From Phoronis australis (lineage: Eukaryota > Animalia > Phoronida), in the NCBI GenBank assembly GCA_002633005.1, contig NMRA01001199.1, forward strand, positions 1-36,809: DNA of 36,809 nt, written 5' to 3'. A program made the translations under genes and the position numbers. The notes below the pieces were generated by a model. The model ran no database searches and was not told the origin of the DNA. It was given only the letters and a program-made list of their open reading frames with translations. Below, one piece after another: positions 12,117-22,408 of the stretch (its first letter is position 1; every line of letters starts with the position of its first letter).

Positions 12117-13278
12117 AGCGGCTTTCACTCTGGAGACGAACCACTGACGTCGCTGCGTCGTTTCTCACCTTCCTCACAGGTTAACGCGACACCTCTCGGC
12201 AAGGTGAGGTCGACCGTGTAAGAGGGGATGTGGACATAGACCGATTAAAACGGTAAAAAGACTAATTAAAACGTTTGGCATTCTCCTTTAAAAGCAGTAT
12301 ACAGTTCGTGTGATAACGATCTCACGTTATTTACCCGGATGTTTGCTGTCTGTTGCTGTGAGATGAGATTTGAAGCAGGGTTCATCCCGTCTACCTTTAA
12401 CTGATTCTTAAGTGCATTGTTTGAGCAAGCAGCAAGCACAAAGGCCTTCGTTATTCCTCGCAATTTCTGCAAAGACGAATTTTCAATGAGTTCTTCATGG
12501 AGTGTACAAGACCGAGCACGGTCAATTTTTGTTGTCCCATCGGGTGAAGGCGTTCTCCGTTTGTTAGAGGACACACGTTTCCAGTGGTTGTAATTGGGCC
12601 AGGTTTTATCTCCAGCAAAATTAGCGTGTGACTTTTTAACGCGAGTCGATGGTGGGGCTGTGCTATACATACATGCAGAAAGTGGCTGTTGCCCGTCTGA
12701 AACATTGCCTTCCATTGGTCACGATGATGAAGTTTGTCGCTTGCTAGAACCATTTCAATGCATGAATTTTTGTCTTAGGGTGTTTTCGCTTTTCCAGTAG
12801 GTTTTCCAAGCTTATCAATATGCACCGAACTTACATAATATTTGAGTGGACAAGCTTGAATGATGATAAACAAGCTTGAACAAGAGGGCGCTTTTCATTG
12901 AAGTAGTATCTATGGGTGTGGGAGAGGTCGCATGCGGCTTTCGTTTTGAGTGTCCAAGTGGTGTTTCTGTATATTGTTTCTTATCTTCCTCTTTTCTATT
13001 GTTATGTGATTTAAGTTTACCAATACACTGTACATGTACATATTTCCTGTGCGTTTTCTCTTCCATTTCATGCCATTTACCTTAAATTGCTTAAAAATGT
13101 CTCACCGCTGGGGTTACCCCCATTACAATATGGTTGCATAGTCTACATTAGTTATCAGAATTTATTTTTCTTGCATCTTGCTGTGTTCTAATTTATCAAT
13201 TACTGAAGCTACGTTTGATGTATGATTTCGAGAGCTTTCCCGGAATGGATAAAGTTACCATACACTTTCATTCTGCAG

Positions 13279-13473
13279 GTGGCAATATTTCGCAGACAAA
13301 GAATCAACTGTTTTTACGCTGTGGCCCGCAACACCGCCTGATCGAAATCATATGGGTTTCCCCATTCACGACACTGATAAGCGCGAAAGACCCTGGTTCA
13401 TCAATTCTGTGAAGAAAGCGAAGGACATTGTCATTGTTCTGGACACAAGTACTTCAATGGGAAATTTTGGCAG
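13279..13473 (+). CDS. Exon encoding end of VWA_N and start of VWA domain of an alpha2-delta/CACHD1-like protein
   Basis: Acceptor tttcattctgcag, donor AG|GTAAGT; 195 nt, open, phase 2-2. Encodes WQYFADKESTVFTLWPAT...DKRERPWFINSVKKAKDIVIVLDTSTSMG, with family motifs WQYF, D.R.RPW, KD.VI..D and MIDAS DxSxS. Confidence 0.9.
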
Positions 13474-13521
13474 GTAAGTTAAAAATGAACAGCATGTTAT
13501 ACACATCGCATGAATAATGTT

Positions 13522-14378
13522 TATGCGGCCACATATTTATATGTGGTCGCATATTGCCGTCATCTCTGTCTGGGCGTCCGGCGTCCGCGGCTGTATCTCC
13601 TAAAGCCCTTGCAGGATCTTATTGAAATTTGGCAAGTGTGTTCCCATGGGGTTGACGACATAGGGCAACGAGTTTCGGACCGACCCGAATACCACTGTGC
13701 CCCCTAGTGGCAATTTATTTTTTTTACGTTTGCCTCTGTATCGTCAAAAGGACCTCAACCGGTTTTTCGTGAAATTTAGTACATAAGCATCTATTAATGA
13801 GTTGACGCTATCCTCTCGTTTTCGGATGGATTCGAGGCATTTTTCGCCATCTAGTGGCCATTTGTACTGTTTTTGAGTCGTTTTTGGCGTCCTCCCCTCC
13901 AGCAACCAAACCCGCTTTAAGGATGATTGTGAAAATTTGCACATAGGCCTATGTTCTTACTAGTATGAGGAAGACTGTTGACGATGATTTCCCGACGACT
14001 TCGACTACTGTGGCGCCTCCTCTAGTGGCAGTTTTGTTTGTTTTTGCGCCCATGATTGTATCTCCTAAACATTCTACAGGACCTTTATTATTAAATTTAG
14101 CAAATATATTTATATGAAGGTGAAAACGGACGGTGACGACTCTCGGACAGCTCGGTGTACCGGTGTGCACCCTAGTGGTAGTTTTAGCTTTTACGTTTAC
14201 CTCTGTATCTTCAAAGGTCCTCAACGGATTTCCATAAAATTTGGCACATAGACATTTATTTGTGAGATGACGCTATCTTCCGGTTTTTGGATGGATTCGT
14301 AGTTTGGGCCACCTAGTGGCCATTTTTGTTATTTTCGAGTCCGTTTTTGGCGTCCGCCCCTCTGTCATCCAAACCACC
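13522..14378 (+). mobile_element. DINE-1/HINE-like or CryptonV-like non-autonomous repeat, copy 1
   Basis: 5' hairpin TATGCGGCCACATAT-TT-ATATGTGGTCGCATA, GTCY-type repeats, internal unit of about 465 bp duplicated, repeated CTAGTGGC; inverted homolog at 21870-22408. Superfamily uncertain. Confidence 0.7.
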
Positions 14379-14381
14379 CTN

Positions 14382-14778
14382 AACTTAAGTTTTTAAAATT
14401 ACAAAAACTTAAGTTTTGTGATAAACTTAAGTTATCAGAAAAACTTAAGTTTTGTTAGTACAAAAAACTTAAGTTTTCACGAAAACTTAAGTTATTACTT
14501 GAAACTTAAGTTTATTTGTGAAAACTTAAGTTATACACTTGAAAAAACTTAAGTTTTCTGAAAAACTTAAGTTTTCTGAAAAACTTAACATTGTGCTGAA
14601 AAACTTAAGTTTTTGGCGAAAAACTTAAGTTTTAAAAACTTAAGTTTTGAAAACTTAAGTTTTAAAAACTTAAGTTTCTTTTAAAAACTTAAGTTTTTCG
14701 GAAGAACTGAAGTTTTTCCTCTAAAACTTAGGTTATTTTCCAAAAACTTAAGTTTTTTCGCCAAAAACTTAAGTTTTC
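14382..14778. repeat. Array of about 18-20 palindromic AACTTAAGTT units, probably a MITE arm
   Basis: Directly visible with spacing of about 15-24 bp; starts at the N at 14381 and abuts the THAP region of copy B. Confidence 0.9.
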
Positions 14779-14779
14779 A

Positions 14780-16257
14780 GCGAGAGCCCGAAATGCTTAG
14801 GAAGATGCTCGCGGTAGTGAAGAATGAAAGGTAGGCTGTTAATAGCAAGTATGATGCCGTGAAACATCTCCGTGTCTGTGGCCGGCATTTCGTCGACAGT
14901 GATTTCTCTGACGAATTCCGGCTCACCAAAGAACTAGCCATACGTTTCGTTGCCTGTGCGTGTTCACGTCACTTCTCAAGTATTCTTTGATCAGTGTAGT
15001 GCGGTTCGAACTGATAGCCTGTGAACAATAACGATCCGACCCGTGAAGTCTTCGTCGCTGAGCTCTTGACTAAGTTGGGAATCGCGCGGGGCGAGTTGCC
15101 ATGTAGACGTTTATTATTCTGCGTTCTGTTTCAAAATGAATTATTCTCATCATAGCCAATGCTTATATGAAATGGAAACAAAGTCTGCCTCATTAGATAC
15201 AGTTTGTGATGCCTTGGAGTGCTCGTGAGTGCAAATGTTTTGAGAAGCCAGCAATGAATAAACCACTGCGTTACCGGCTTTTGATGCCGGCAACAAAGGT
15301 AATTGACCGGGCACCGAGGCCGTGTAAGCTCATACTAATTCAGTGTTTGCCGACAAAAAGCTGTTGTGAAACAATTACTCGATTTTATATGCTATGGTCA
15401 CATGCTAGGGGAATTTTTATTTAAAAATACAAATACATTATTCAAATCATTGTTACTGTACAACCTTTGCCCTGACTGTCTGTGGAAGGGAAACCCGACA
15501 TCGCGGCCCCAACAAGTAAGTACATTTTCAGTTTCGTGGCTAATTCACATAAATAATTACGTACACAATTATTTCTTTGGCTCAATATTATAATGTTTTC
15601 GTCACTGGAGGTTTAGTTTCCTACTCAAGCTGGTTTATGTTCTTATGTTCGTGCCACTCCCCGGTGGCCGCGACGCCGGGCCTGATCGGGTTACGAGCCA
15701 CTGCCATCTGGGATAACGAGTACAGTCCGGCCGCGACGGGCCTGATCGGGTTCCGAGCCACTGGCCGAGATAACAAGCGTTTTGTGTGTTTAGAACTCTA
15801 AAAATCACAAGTAGAACAACACAGATCTAGGTTCTCATGTCTGTATTTCGCGGAAGAATATTTCGAATTTATCTCCGAACAGACCCCGAACTCCCCAGTT
15901 CTACGGACCTTGGTAAATTGGCTTGCCAAACTTTGCAGGCTACGGTGTGTCCAAATACCAGTAAATCCGTAACAGCGAAATAAAACAACACGTTTTTATA
16001 AGAGTTCGGTGTATTTTTAAGGGGGGTACATCGAAGTTTGATGATTTATTGGAGTTAAACGATGAACTCAAGCGATAAGCTGTAACCCGTGTTGTGAACT
16101 GCTGAACATACTGCGTGTGAAACCAATTATGTCATTGGGAAATTTCAACACCGTCTGCCGTGAGGCGTCAGGTAACGCAACGGAACGTGCCGTTGTCGAG
16201 TAGAACTACTCGATCTAAATTGATACAAAATAGGTTGTTTTTGGGTGGCATTCTCCT
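14780..16257 (+). mobile_element. Kolobok-like element copy B (one end missing), with partial THAP
   Basis: Encodes EMLRKMLAVVKNER...KHLRVCGRHFVDSDF; ends TGGCATTCTCCT at 16246-16257; inverted homolog of 4259-4428 and 10985-12030. Confidence 0.85.
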
Positions 16258-17066
16258 TTTATAAGGCCAGTTTTCAAAAGCTTGGCTCCCCCATTCCCCG
16301 TACTAGCTGATTTTGGGAGAAAAACAACATTTTCACTTGTAGATTATTTTTTCTTAGTATGATGGTTCCGTCTACTTATTTTTCTAACAATCCCTATTTT
16401 ACGTGTTCAACTTCATAGACCAATTGGCGCAAATCAAATCAAACTCTAAAAATCGAGCCATTGGTGAGTTAATGACATGAAACAATCACTGCTTTGTTGC
16501 TGTGTTTAAGATGAATCTCAAGAGAACTGTCTTTTACACTCGCGACTCGCAGCGCCGTATGATTAAAGCGACACTTGCTGCCTCGCGAATTAGCATTGTA
16601 CCGATCGAGAGGCAGGCTTTTTCTCAACTCTGACAGATTTAGGCACAACTTTAGAAATGTCTCATTGCAAATACTGTGACCAAATGATTTCTTCAAGTGT
16701 GTCCTCGACGAATGCAAGAGGAACTCGCTCTTTCGACCACTCAATGAAAACCAGCTAGTTGTGAATACTCTCAATTCCTGCAATAATACCTCTACTAAAG
16801 TTACATTGTTCTTAACACCTTGGACATATGCCTATATGATGCAGAAACGTTTTCACTCATTCTACACATCGCTGGCCGCTTGGGGGGACTCTGCGTTGCA
16901 TTTAAGTGCATGCCTTAGGCTGTTTTCGTCCACTAGGTATGCTTTTTATACGTAAAGCGTTATCAATCAATTGACAGCTTTCAATTAGCAAGTTCCCACT
17001 CACACTCATAGGGGATTTTGCCCTGCTGGGTCACATATTTACTATACATTTACTTATATTTATTAG

Positions 17067-17189
17067 ACCCACAATCATCTGACAAGGAAGGAAGGCTATT
17101 TTACAGCTATCAACCCAGATATATCTTTCCTGAGCCAATTAAAGTGGTCCAGTGTCCAATACAACAACCAGCCCTCATTCTGCCCGTCG
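17067..17189 (+). CDS. Candidate linker exon upstream of the DED
   Basis: Acceptor ttatatttattag; 123 nt open, phase 1-1 (PQSSDKEGRLFYSYQPRYIFPEPIKVVQCPIQQPALILPV); weak G|GTGTGC donor is phase-compatible with 17360. No recognised homology. Confidence 0.5.
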
Positions 17190-17359
17190 GTGTGCGCTTT
17201 GATGCTTCGTCCGTACTTCTGACTCTAAATCGGATTAGCTGGTCCCAAAGCTGTAGTGCGAAATTGCTACATTTATGTCTTCTAGCTTGAGACCATGTGC
17301 AAACTAGCATAAAATATTTATCATTACTGTTAACTATAAGTATGTCAATTTATTCTCAG

Positions 17360-17471
17360 GAAACAGGTATTCGGTGGCCGAACTTCATTACGAGCTGTTA
17401 ATGAAGGTTTCTGATAGTATCACTGACAGGGATTTTTCCATACTAAAGATAATGTGCAAACAATGGATAAG
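17360..17471 (+). CDS. Exon encoding N-terminal half of a death effector domain
   Basis: Acceptor tttattctcag, donor AG|GTAAGA; encodes NRYSVAELHYELLMKVSDSITDRDFSILKIMCKQWIR (DED helices 1-2 pattern LL..I...L...D...LK..C). Confidence 0.85.
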
Positions 17472-18292
17472 GTAAGAAAATCAACATCGCATGTTTATGA
17501 ATGCATGCACTGCTACGACGTCACTTTAAACGGTTACTGTATGCTGAGTGCTATTTTAGTCAGTCAAGAACAGCACATTTTAGTAAAATGTGTATGTAGC
17601 GGTTGATTAACTCAAACGCCCAAGAGCTCCATAATTTCATCACAGAATGAACACCGGAAAACAAGAAGTGTCAATTTGACTTTTTTCACGCTTCGTTGTT
17701 GTCAGAGACGTAAAAATATATCAGTCTCCGTTCGGTGAAACATGTCTTAAACAAGTAGTCTAATTAACATCAGAGTTTCCAATACAGCTTCATGTTTCAA
17801 CGAGGAGATCTTTTCGAGATTAATAATTGCGAAAATCAAACGCACATGCTACTTTTGGCGCTACCTATTGTCGAATGTGTACATATGTAAGTTGTGTGTT
17901 GGCTGACTGGGTTAAGCAAAGCAACGAGCATTGAAGACAGCCATCAGGATATCTTACATTTTTGTGCCTGTTGTTGTCGTGTCTTTTTTAATTAAATCCG
18001 TTATTTTTCCTCTAATATTCCAATTTTTAAGTAATTTTGATTGGGGCATCAAGTGTAGCTCAAATATTTTCCAGCTGTCGATGATGAAACAGTTCTATTA
18101 TACAAGTCAGTTATCTATTGGTAAGTACTTATCTGTGAAGGTGAATAATTAAGGTTTACGGCTGAATATGGCGGGCGAGTAGAATATGAGCTTTTGAGGG
18201 GTGATTTGATAATCATGCGGCCTGGCTATGTATGCATGTGCTCACGGATTCTTCAACAGTAAATGGACTGATTGTAAATGTCTTGTTTTCAG

Positions 18293-18563
18293 GCCAGCAA
18301 TACTAGAAGGTATAAGAGACACTCGTGAACTTCTTCAAAAACTCGAGGAGCAAGGGATTATTAGATTTGGGGAGTACAGCAATCTAATAGACGTGCTGGA
18401 CCAGCTCAAACTGGGGGCTCTTAAGAATGAAGTGGAAAGACGGTCACGTGAAATAAATGCACTAGGAATAGGAGCTGGTAATGTTGACCTTTCACCTTTA
18501 AAAAGTCCTTCAACATTGCATGAACTTCTGAACTCTCCATTTTCAAATCAAACTGGAGACTAG
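18293..18563 (+). CDS. Exon encoding C-terminal half of a death effector domain (terminal, or ending at a GTAATG donor near 18478)
   Basis: Acceptor cttgttttcag is phase-compatible with 17471; encodes PAILEGIRDTRELLQKLEEQGIIRFGEYSNLIDVLDQLKLGALKNEV (LE.I....ELF..LE.QG.I.....L..L pattern); stop at 18561-18563. Confidence 0.85.
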
Positions 18564-18710
18564 GGAAAATTTTAACAGTCATTTATGGGTCCTGATTAAC
18601 TGCAATTGTTGTAAAAAATCATCTTTATTTCGGACGAAAATGTCTACAATGATTTCTGACAGTGTATATTGTATTTTTGAAAGTTCACAATTCGGCCACA
18701 TTAGCCATAA

Positions 18711-19756
18711 CAGCCGATTTCAAAAAGGTGGTTTAAAGTAAACCTGGTTGAAACTAGACTTAGACCAGCTTTAAAGATAATCTACTTTTCATAAAGGTGA
18801 TTTTACGTTTGGACTAATGGTCTCGTAAAACCTGGTAACATTAGTTTTGGTCAGACCCATCTTTAGAACGGTTAAATAGGTAAGACTTGAATTATATAGG
18901 TGCAACTGAATACTGCAGCAATATGCATTCACGACGCAGTTTTAGAGCGAAAATGGACTATTTTCAATATTCAGTTTTCATCGACACAAGATCAAACGTA
19001 GCAGGGGCAGATCCATGATTTTTTTACGGGGGAGGATCGGTCAAGGTTTTTTTAAAAGAGGGGACCAAGCCAACAATTTGAAAATTATGCATTTGGTATC
19101 ACTAATCTCAAGGGGAAAAGGGTGGTCCGACCTCCTTGATCTATCCCCTTGGATTCGACTGTGTGTAAACCACCAAGTGGTTCCTTGAATTCCTCATAAT
19201 ACGATTAGTCGATTAGGGCGTCATGGTCGTAAGCGCTATGGGTTTTCACTGAAGACATCATCTTCCGATTTTTCTGACTGAGTTCCACCTCCACTGGTCC
19301 CCGATTTAATGTTGCCAGGAAGGGGTCTTGCCCCCCTTTGGCCGCTAATAATTATACTCTAATATGCCACGGAAATAAATTTGGCCATTTATCATGTTGC
19401 GGCTTATCGTGAGAAAGTACTTTGATGTGTCTACATGTATTAGTCACAAACATCACATTTGTTCGCCTGAGAAAAGCTTTTAGACCTTTGTCCCAAATGT
19501 CTGCATTCATTCTATTAGTGTGTCATTTTATACCCATGTGATCAATGTTCGTCAACAGTTTCTTTGTTGGGTTAAACTGGATCAACACAGTGGCACTGTT
19601 TTACTAAACCAGCTCCCTGGTCAAACAAAACCAGGCTTTCAGACTTTTAAACCAACTTGAGGAAAAGCAAGTTAGGTCTAAAATTAGACTAGGTTTAGGA
19701 AGACCAAATTTAAGTCTTAAACCTGTTTTTTTAAACCGCGTTCATGAAATCGACTG
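18711..19756. mobile_element. PIF/Harbinger-like MITE with TAA TSD
   Basis: Imperfect TIR CAGCCGATTTCAAAAAGGTGGTTTAAA versus TTTAAACCGCGTTCATGAAATCGACTG; TAA at 18708-18710 and 19757-19759. Confidence 0.8.
19002..19163. mobile_element. Small decayed hAT-like MITE nested in the Harbinger MITE
   Basis: CAGGGGCAGATCCA ... TGGATTCGACTGTG resembles CAGGGGCGGATCC-type TIRs; no clear TSD. Confidence 0.45.
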
Positions 19757-19949
19757 TAAGGATTCAATTTCTGCATAATTTAGACGAACTTGGACAGCTA
19801 GAAAAAGGCAGGATACCTTTTGCCTAGCCTACCATGAGCCAGAAGGCAGACACCATATTCTCTAGCTTTAATAATTCTGATCTGTCATTCTTTTCCTCTG
19901 TTCGTCAGTTTTGCTATGTTTTCTATTCACATTATGTATTTACATTCTC

Positions 19950-20255
19950 CCCTTGCGAAACGTACCTCTGTTAACCATGCTTAACCATGGCTGTACAACC
20001 ATGATTACCATGGCTGAAGAATTTCGTGATAAGTTGAAACCATGGTTGACTATGCTTCACAATCACGGTTATCAACCGTGGTTAACCGTGGCTAAAAACC
20101 ATGGTTGACCATGGTTACCAACCATTGTGTGGAACCATGATTGACTACGGTCAAGACGGTTGACCAGTTAATAATCATGATTGCCCATGGCTAAAAATCA
20201 TGGTTGGGACCATGGTTACTAATCATGGTTGATCATGGTTACTAACCATGGTAAA
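19950..20255. repeat. AACCATGGTT palindromic repeat array, probable EnSpm/CMC-like MITE arm
   Basis: Many (A)ACCATGG(TT) variants following CCCTTGCGAAA; matching terminus not found. Confidence 0.7.
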
Positions 20256-21869
20256 CAATTGTTTGGCATCGAATTTGTTCAGCAATGTTTAGTAAGTATG
20301 GTCAACAACGGTGACGAAGTCATGCTCATGAACTGACAATTACATGGATATGGCTAATAGTCCACTATAAATTGAAATACACCACGTAAGCAAATTACCA
20401 GCTCAGTTTCAAGTGAAATGTCTCAAGCTCATCAATTCAGCAAGGTCTAACTCACTAAAGGGTCCTAATTCGCTACTTAACTTAAAACGTCGAAAACAAG
20501 TGTTTTGTACTCTACATAATACTTCTATTTCTTCATTTACAACTGGACAATAGAAACTACAAGAACAATTGACTCTTTGAATGTTAAATAGCACATTAAA
20601 ATGTATTAGAACAAATCTAAACTTGAAAAATGCAAGATTTTGTAAAATACATGGCACCAACAGTTTTCTGCTTTCACACTGAGCATCATCACCAAGAACC
20701 AAAACTTACAATGTGTAAAACAATTCAATATTTGAATTGACATTTCCCAAAATATTTCTCATCTATATTACTTTATCTTGAAGTATGTTTTACCTAGCGT
20801 GTAAAGTACTCTATAAATACGACGAAGTGTTCCTATTCACATGTACAAAACTATAAGTGGTCCGTCTTATCTATGCTTGAAGGGTATTCATATTTTAACT
20901 TTTGCTCGAGCCTTAGCAGTTATGTCTTTTGGTCCAGGCGAAAATCGTCTTTCATCTCAGAGCAAAAAGTCCATACAATACATCCGCACACTTGGCTTTT
21001 GATGAGATGTGTTAAGAGGCATTGGGGTATAAAGAGCTGCAGCAGCAAAATATTGGCTGCCAGAAAAGCAGAATTCACATGTGACTCCAAAACCTTAAAT
21101 GCAGGCCATTCACGGTCTAATCAGCACTCGAGGTCCACCGAATTTTTAGAATACACACTTGTCACTCCTCATTATCTTTTGGCCACCACAGGAATTGAGG
21201 ACTGCCACATTGGTGTTGGTGGTTGTCTGTCAAGTACTTTCACTCGCCATCTGAGTTTCATTTCATCATGCATGTTTTCGAAGTCTTCCGTATTAAAGAA
21301 AAGTTGAAATTTTTCCAGTTAGAAGAGATCAAGTAAATCAATAGGATTTTTCATCCATTTTTGTTCAGAAAATACAGAAAATTAATGCTTTGATTTCTTA
21401 GTTAATCAACCATAACATAAATGTAGAACCGCGCTTTGGACAAAATAAAGACGTGATCTCACGGCTTGGAAAGTATTGAGAATTTGTAAAATAGTTGTTT
21501 CAGACTTGGCTCGCAAAATAGATTTCTAGACATATCATTTTAATCACAGAGCGACTAGTCGTGAGTTAGCAGATTTGTGCAAGACCAAAAATCACTTCTA
21601 TTCTCATCCAAGTTGATTAAATAAATTGAGACCAATTTTAAGGTGGAACTTTTTGAAAATACAATATTCTTTCTTCAAGGGAACACAAGTTCTTTAATGC
21701 GTTAAAGAAATATGACCCCCACATCAAGTTTTTGCAAAGACTAAACATCTATTTTTCAAAACCCATTAGAAACACCGGACAATTTGGTTGATAAAAAAAG
21801 GTTTTGAAATCAAAATAATTTAGGCCTCTGTTTAAATCACAGAATTACACAAACTCTAGCACTGCAAAC

Positions 21870-22408
21870 AGTTTATGAGATATAGTCATGGGCGAAAAAA
21901 TTGCCACTAGGAGGCGCCACAGTAGTCAAAGTCGTCGGAAAATCATCGTCAGCCATCCTCTTTATAGTAAGAGCATACATGCCAATTTTCATAATCATCC
22001 TTAGAGCGGTTTGGTTGTTAGAGGGGTGGACGCCAAAAAACAGACTCGAAAACAGTAAAAATGGCCACTAGGAGGCGCAAACTACGTCGAATCCATCCGA
22101 AAACGAAAGGATAGTTTCATCTCACCAATAGATGACTATATTCCAAATTTTATGAAAATATGTTGAGGACTTCCGAAGATACAGAGGTAAGCGTAAAAAT
22201 TGAATTGCCACTAGGGGGCACACCGGCAATAGAAGAGATCCGAAATTCGTGGTCATCCGTCGTCCGTCGTCGGCTTTATAGGAACACAATTGCTAAATCT
22301 CATCAAGATCCTGTGAAGGGTTTAGGAGATACAGCTGCGGACGCCGGACGCCCGGACAGACAGACATGACGGCAATATATGCGACCACATACATGAGTGG
22401 GCGCACAA
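21870..22408 (-). mobile_element. DINE-1/HINE-like or CryptonV-like repeat, copy 2
   Basis: Reverse complement aligns with 13522-14070, including the hairpin and the GTCTGTCTGTCC/GGCGTCC repeats. Confidence 0.75.

Larger units (their letters stand above)
4259..12287 (-). mobile_element. Non-autonomous Kolobok-like DNA transposon, copy A (4259-4428 plus 10985-12287), split by a 6.5 kb insertion
   Basis: TIRs AGGAGAATGTCA (4259) and TGGCATTCTCCT (12276-12287), the latter followed by TTAA. Both halves are inverted matches to copy B (14780-16257), where they are contiguous. Carries a THAP domain. Confidence 0.8.

Noticed and set aside
12266-12800. 149-aa minus-strand ORF and overlapping ORFs
   Set aside because: No domain signature; antisense within an inferred intron and runs into a TIR.
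14382-14778. CRISPR-like appearance of the palindromic array
   Set aside because: Units are 10 bp with short A/T-rich spacers; the context is eukaryotic and there are no cas genes.
11394-15593. Paralogous small ORFs MPA(V/T)K(I/V)IDRAPRPC at 11394-11726 and 15206-15593
   Set aside because: Explained by the two Kolobok copies; the frame is not preserved between them.
16638-16936. Possible continuation exon of the VWA domain (good acceptor, phase 2, ...LQIL*PNDFF...)
   Set aside because: In-frame TGA and no convincing VWA similarity beyond PNDFF.
20873-21360. 144-aa ORF or hAT transposase C-terminal remnant
   Set aside because: No recognisable motif in any frame with confidence.
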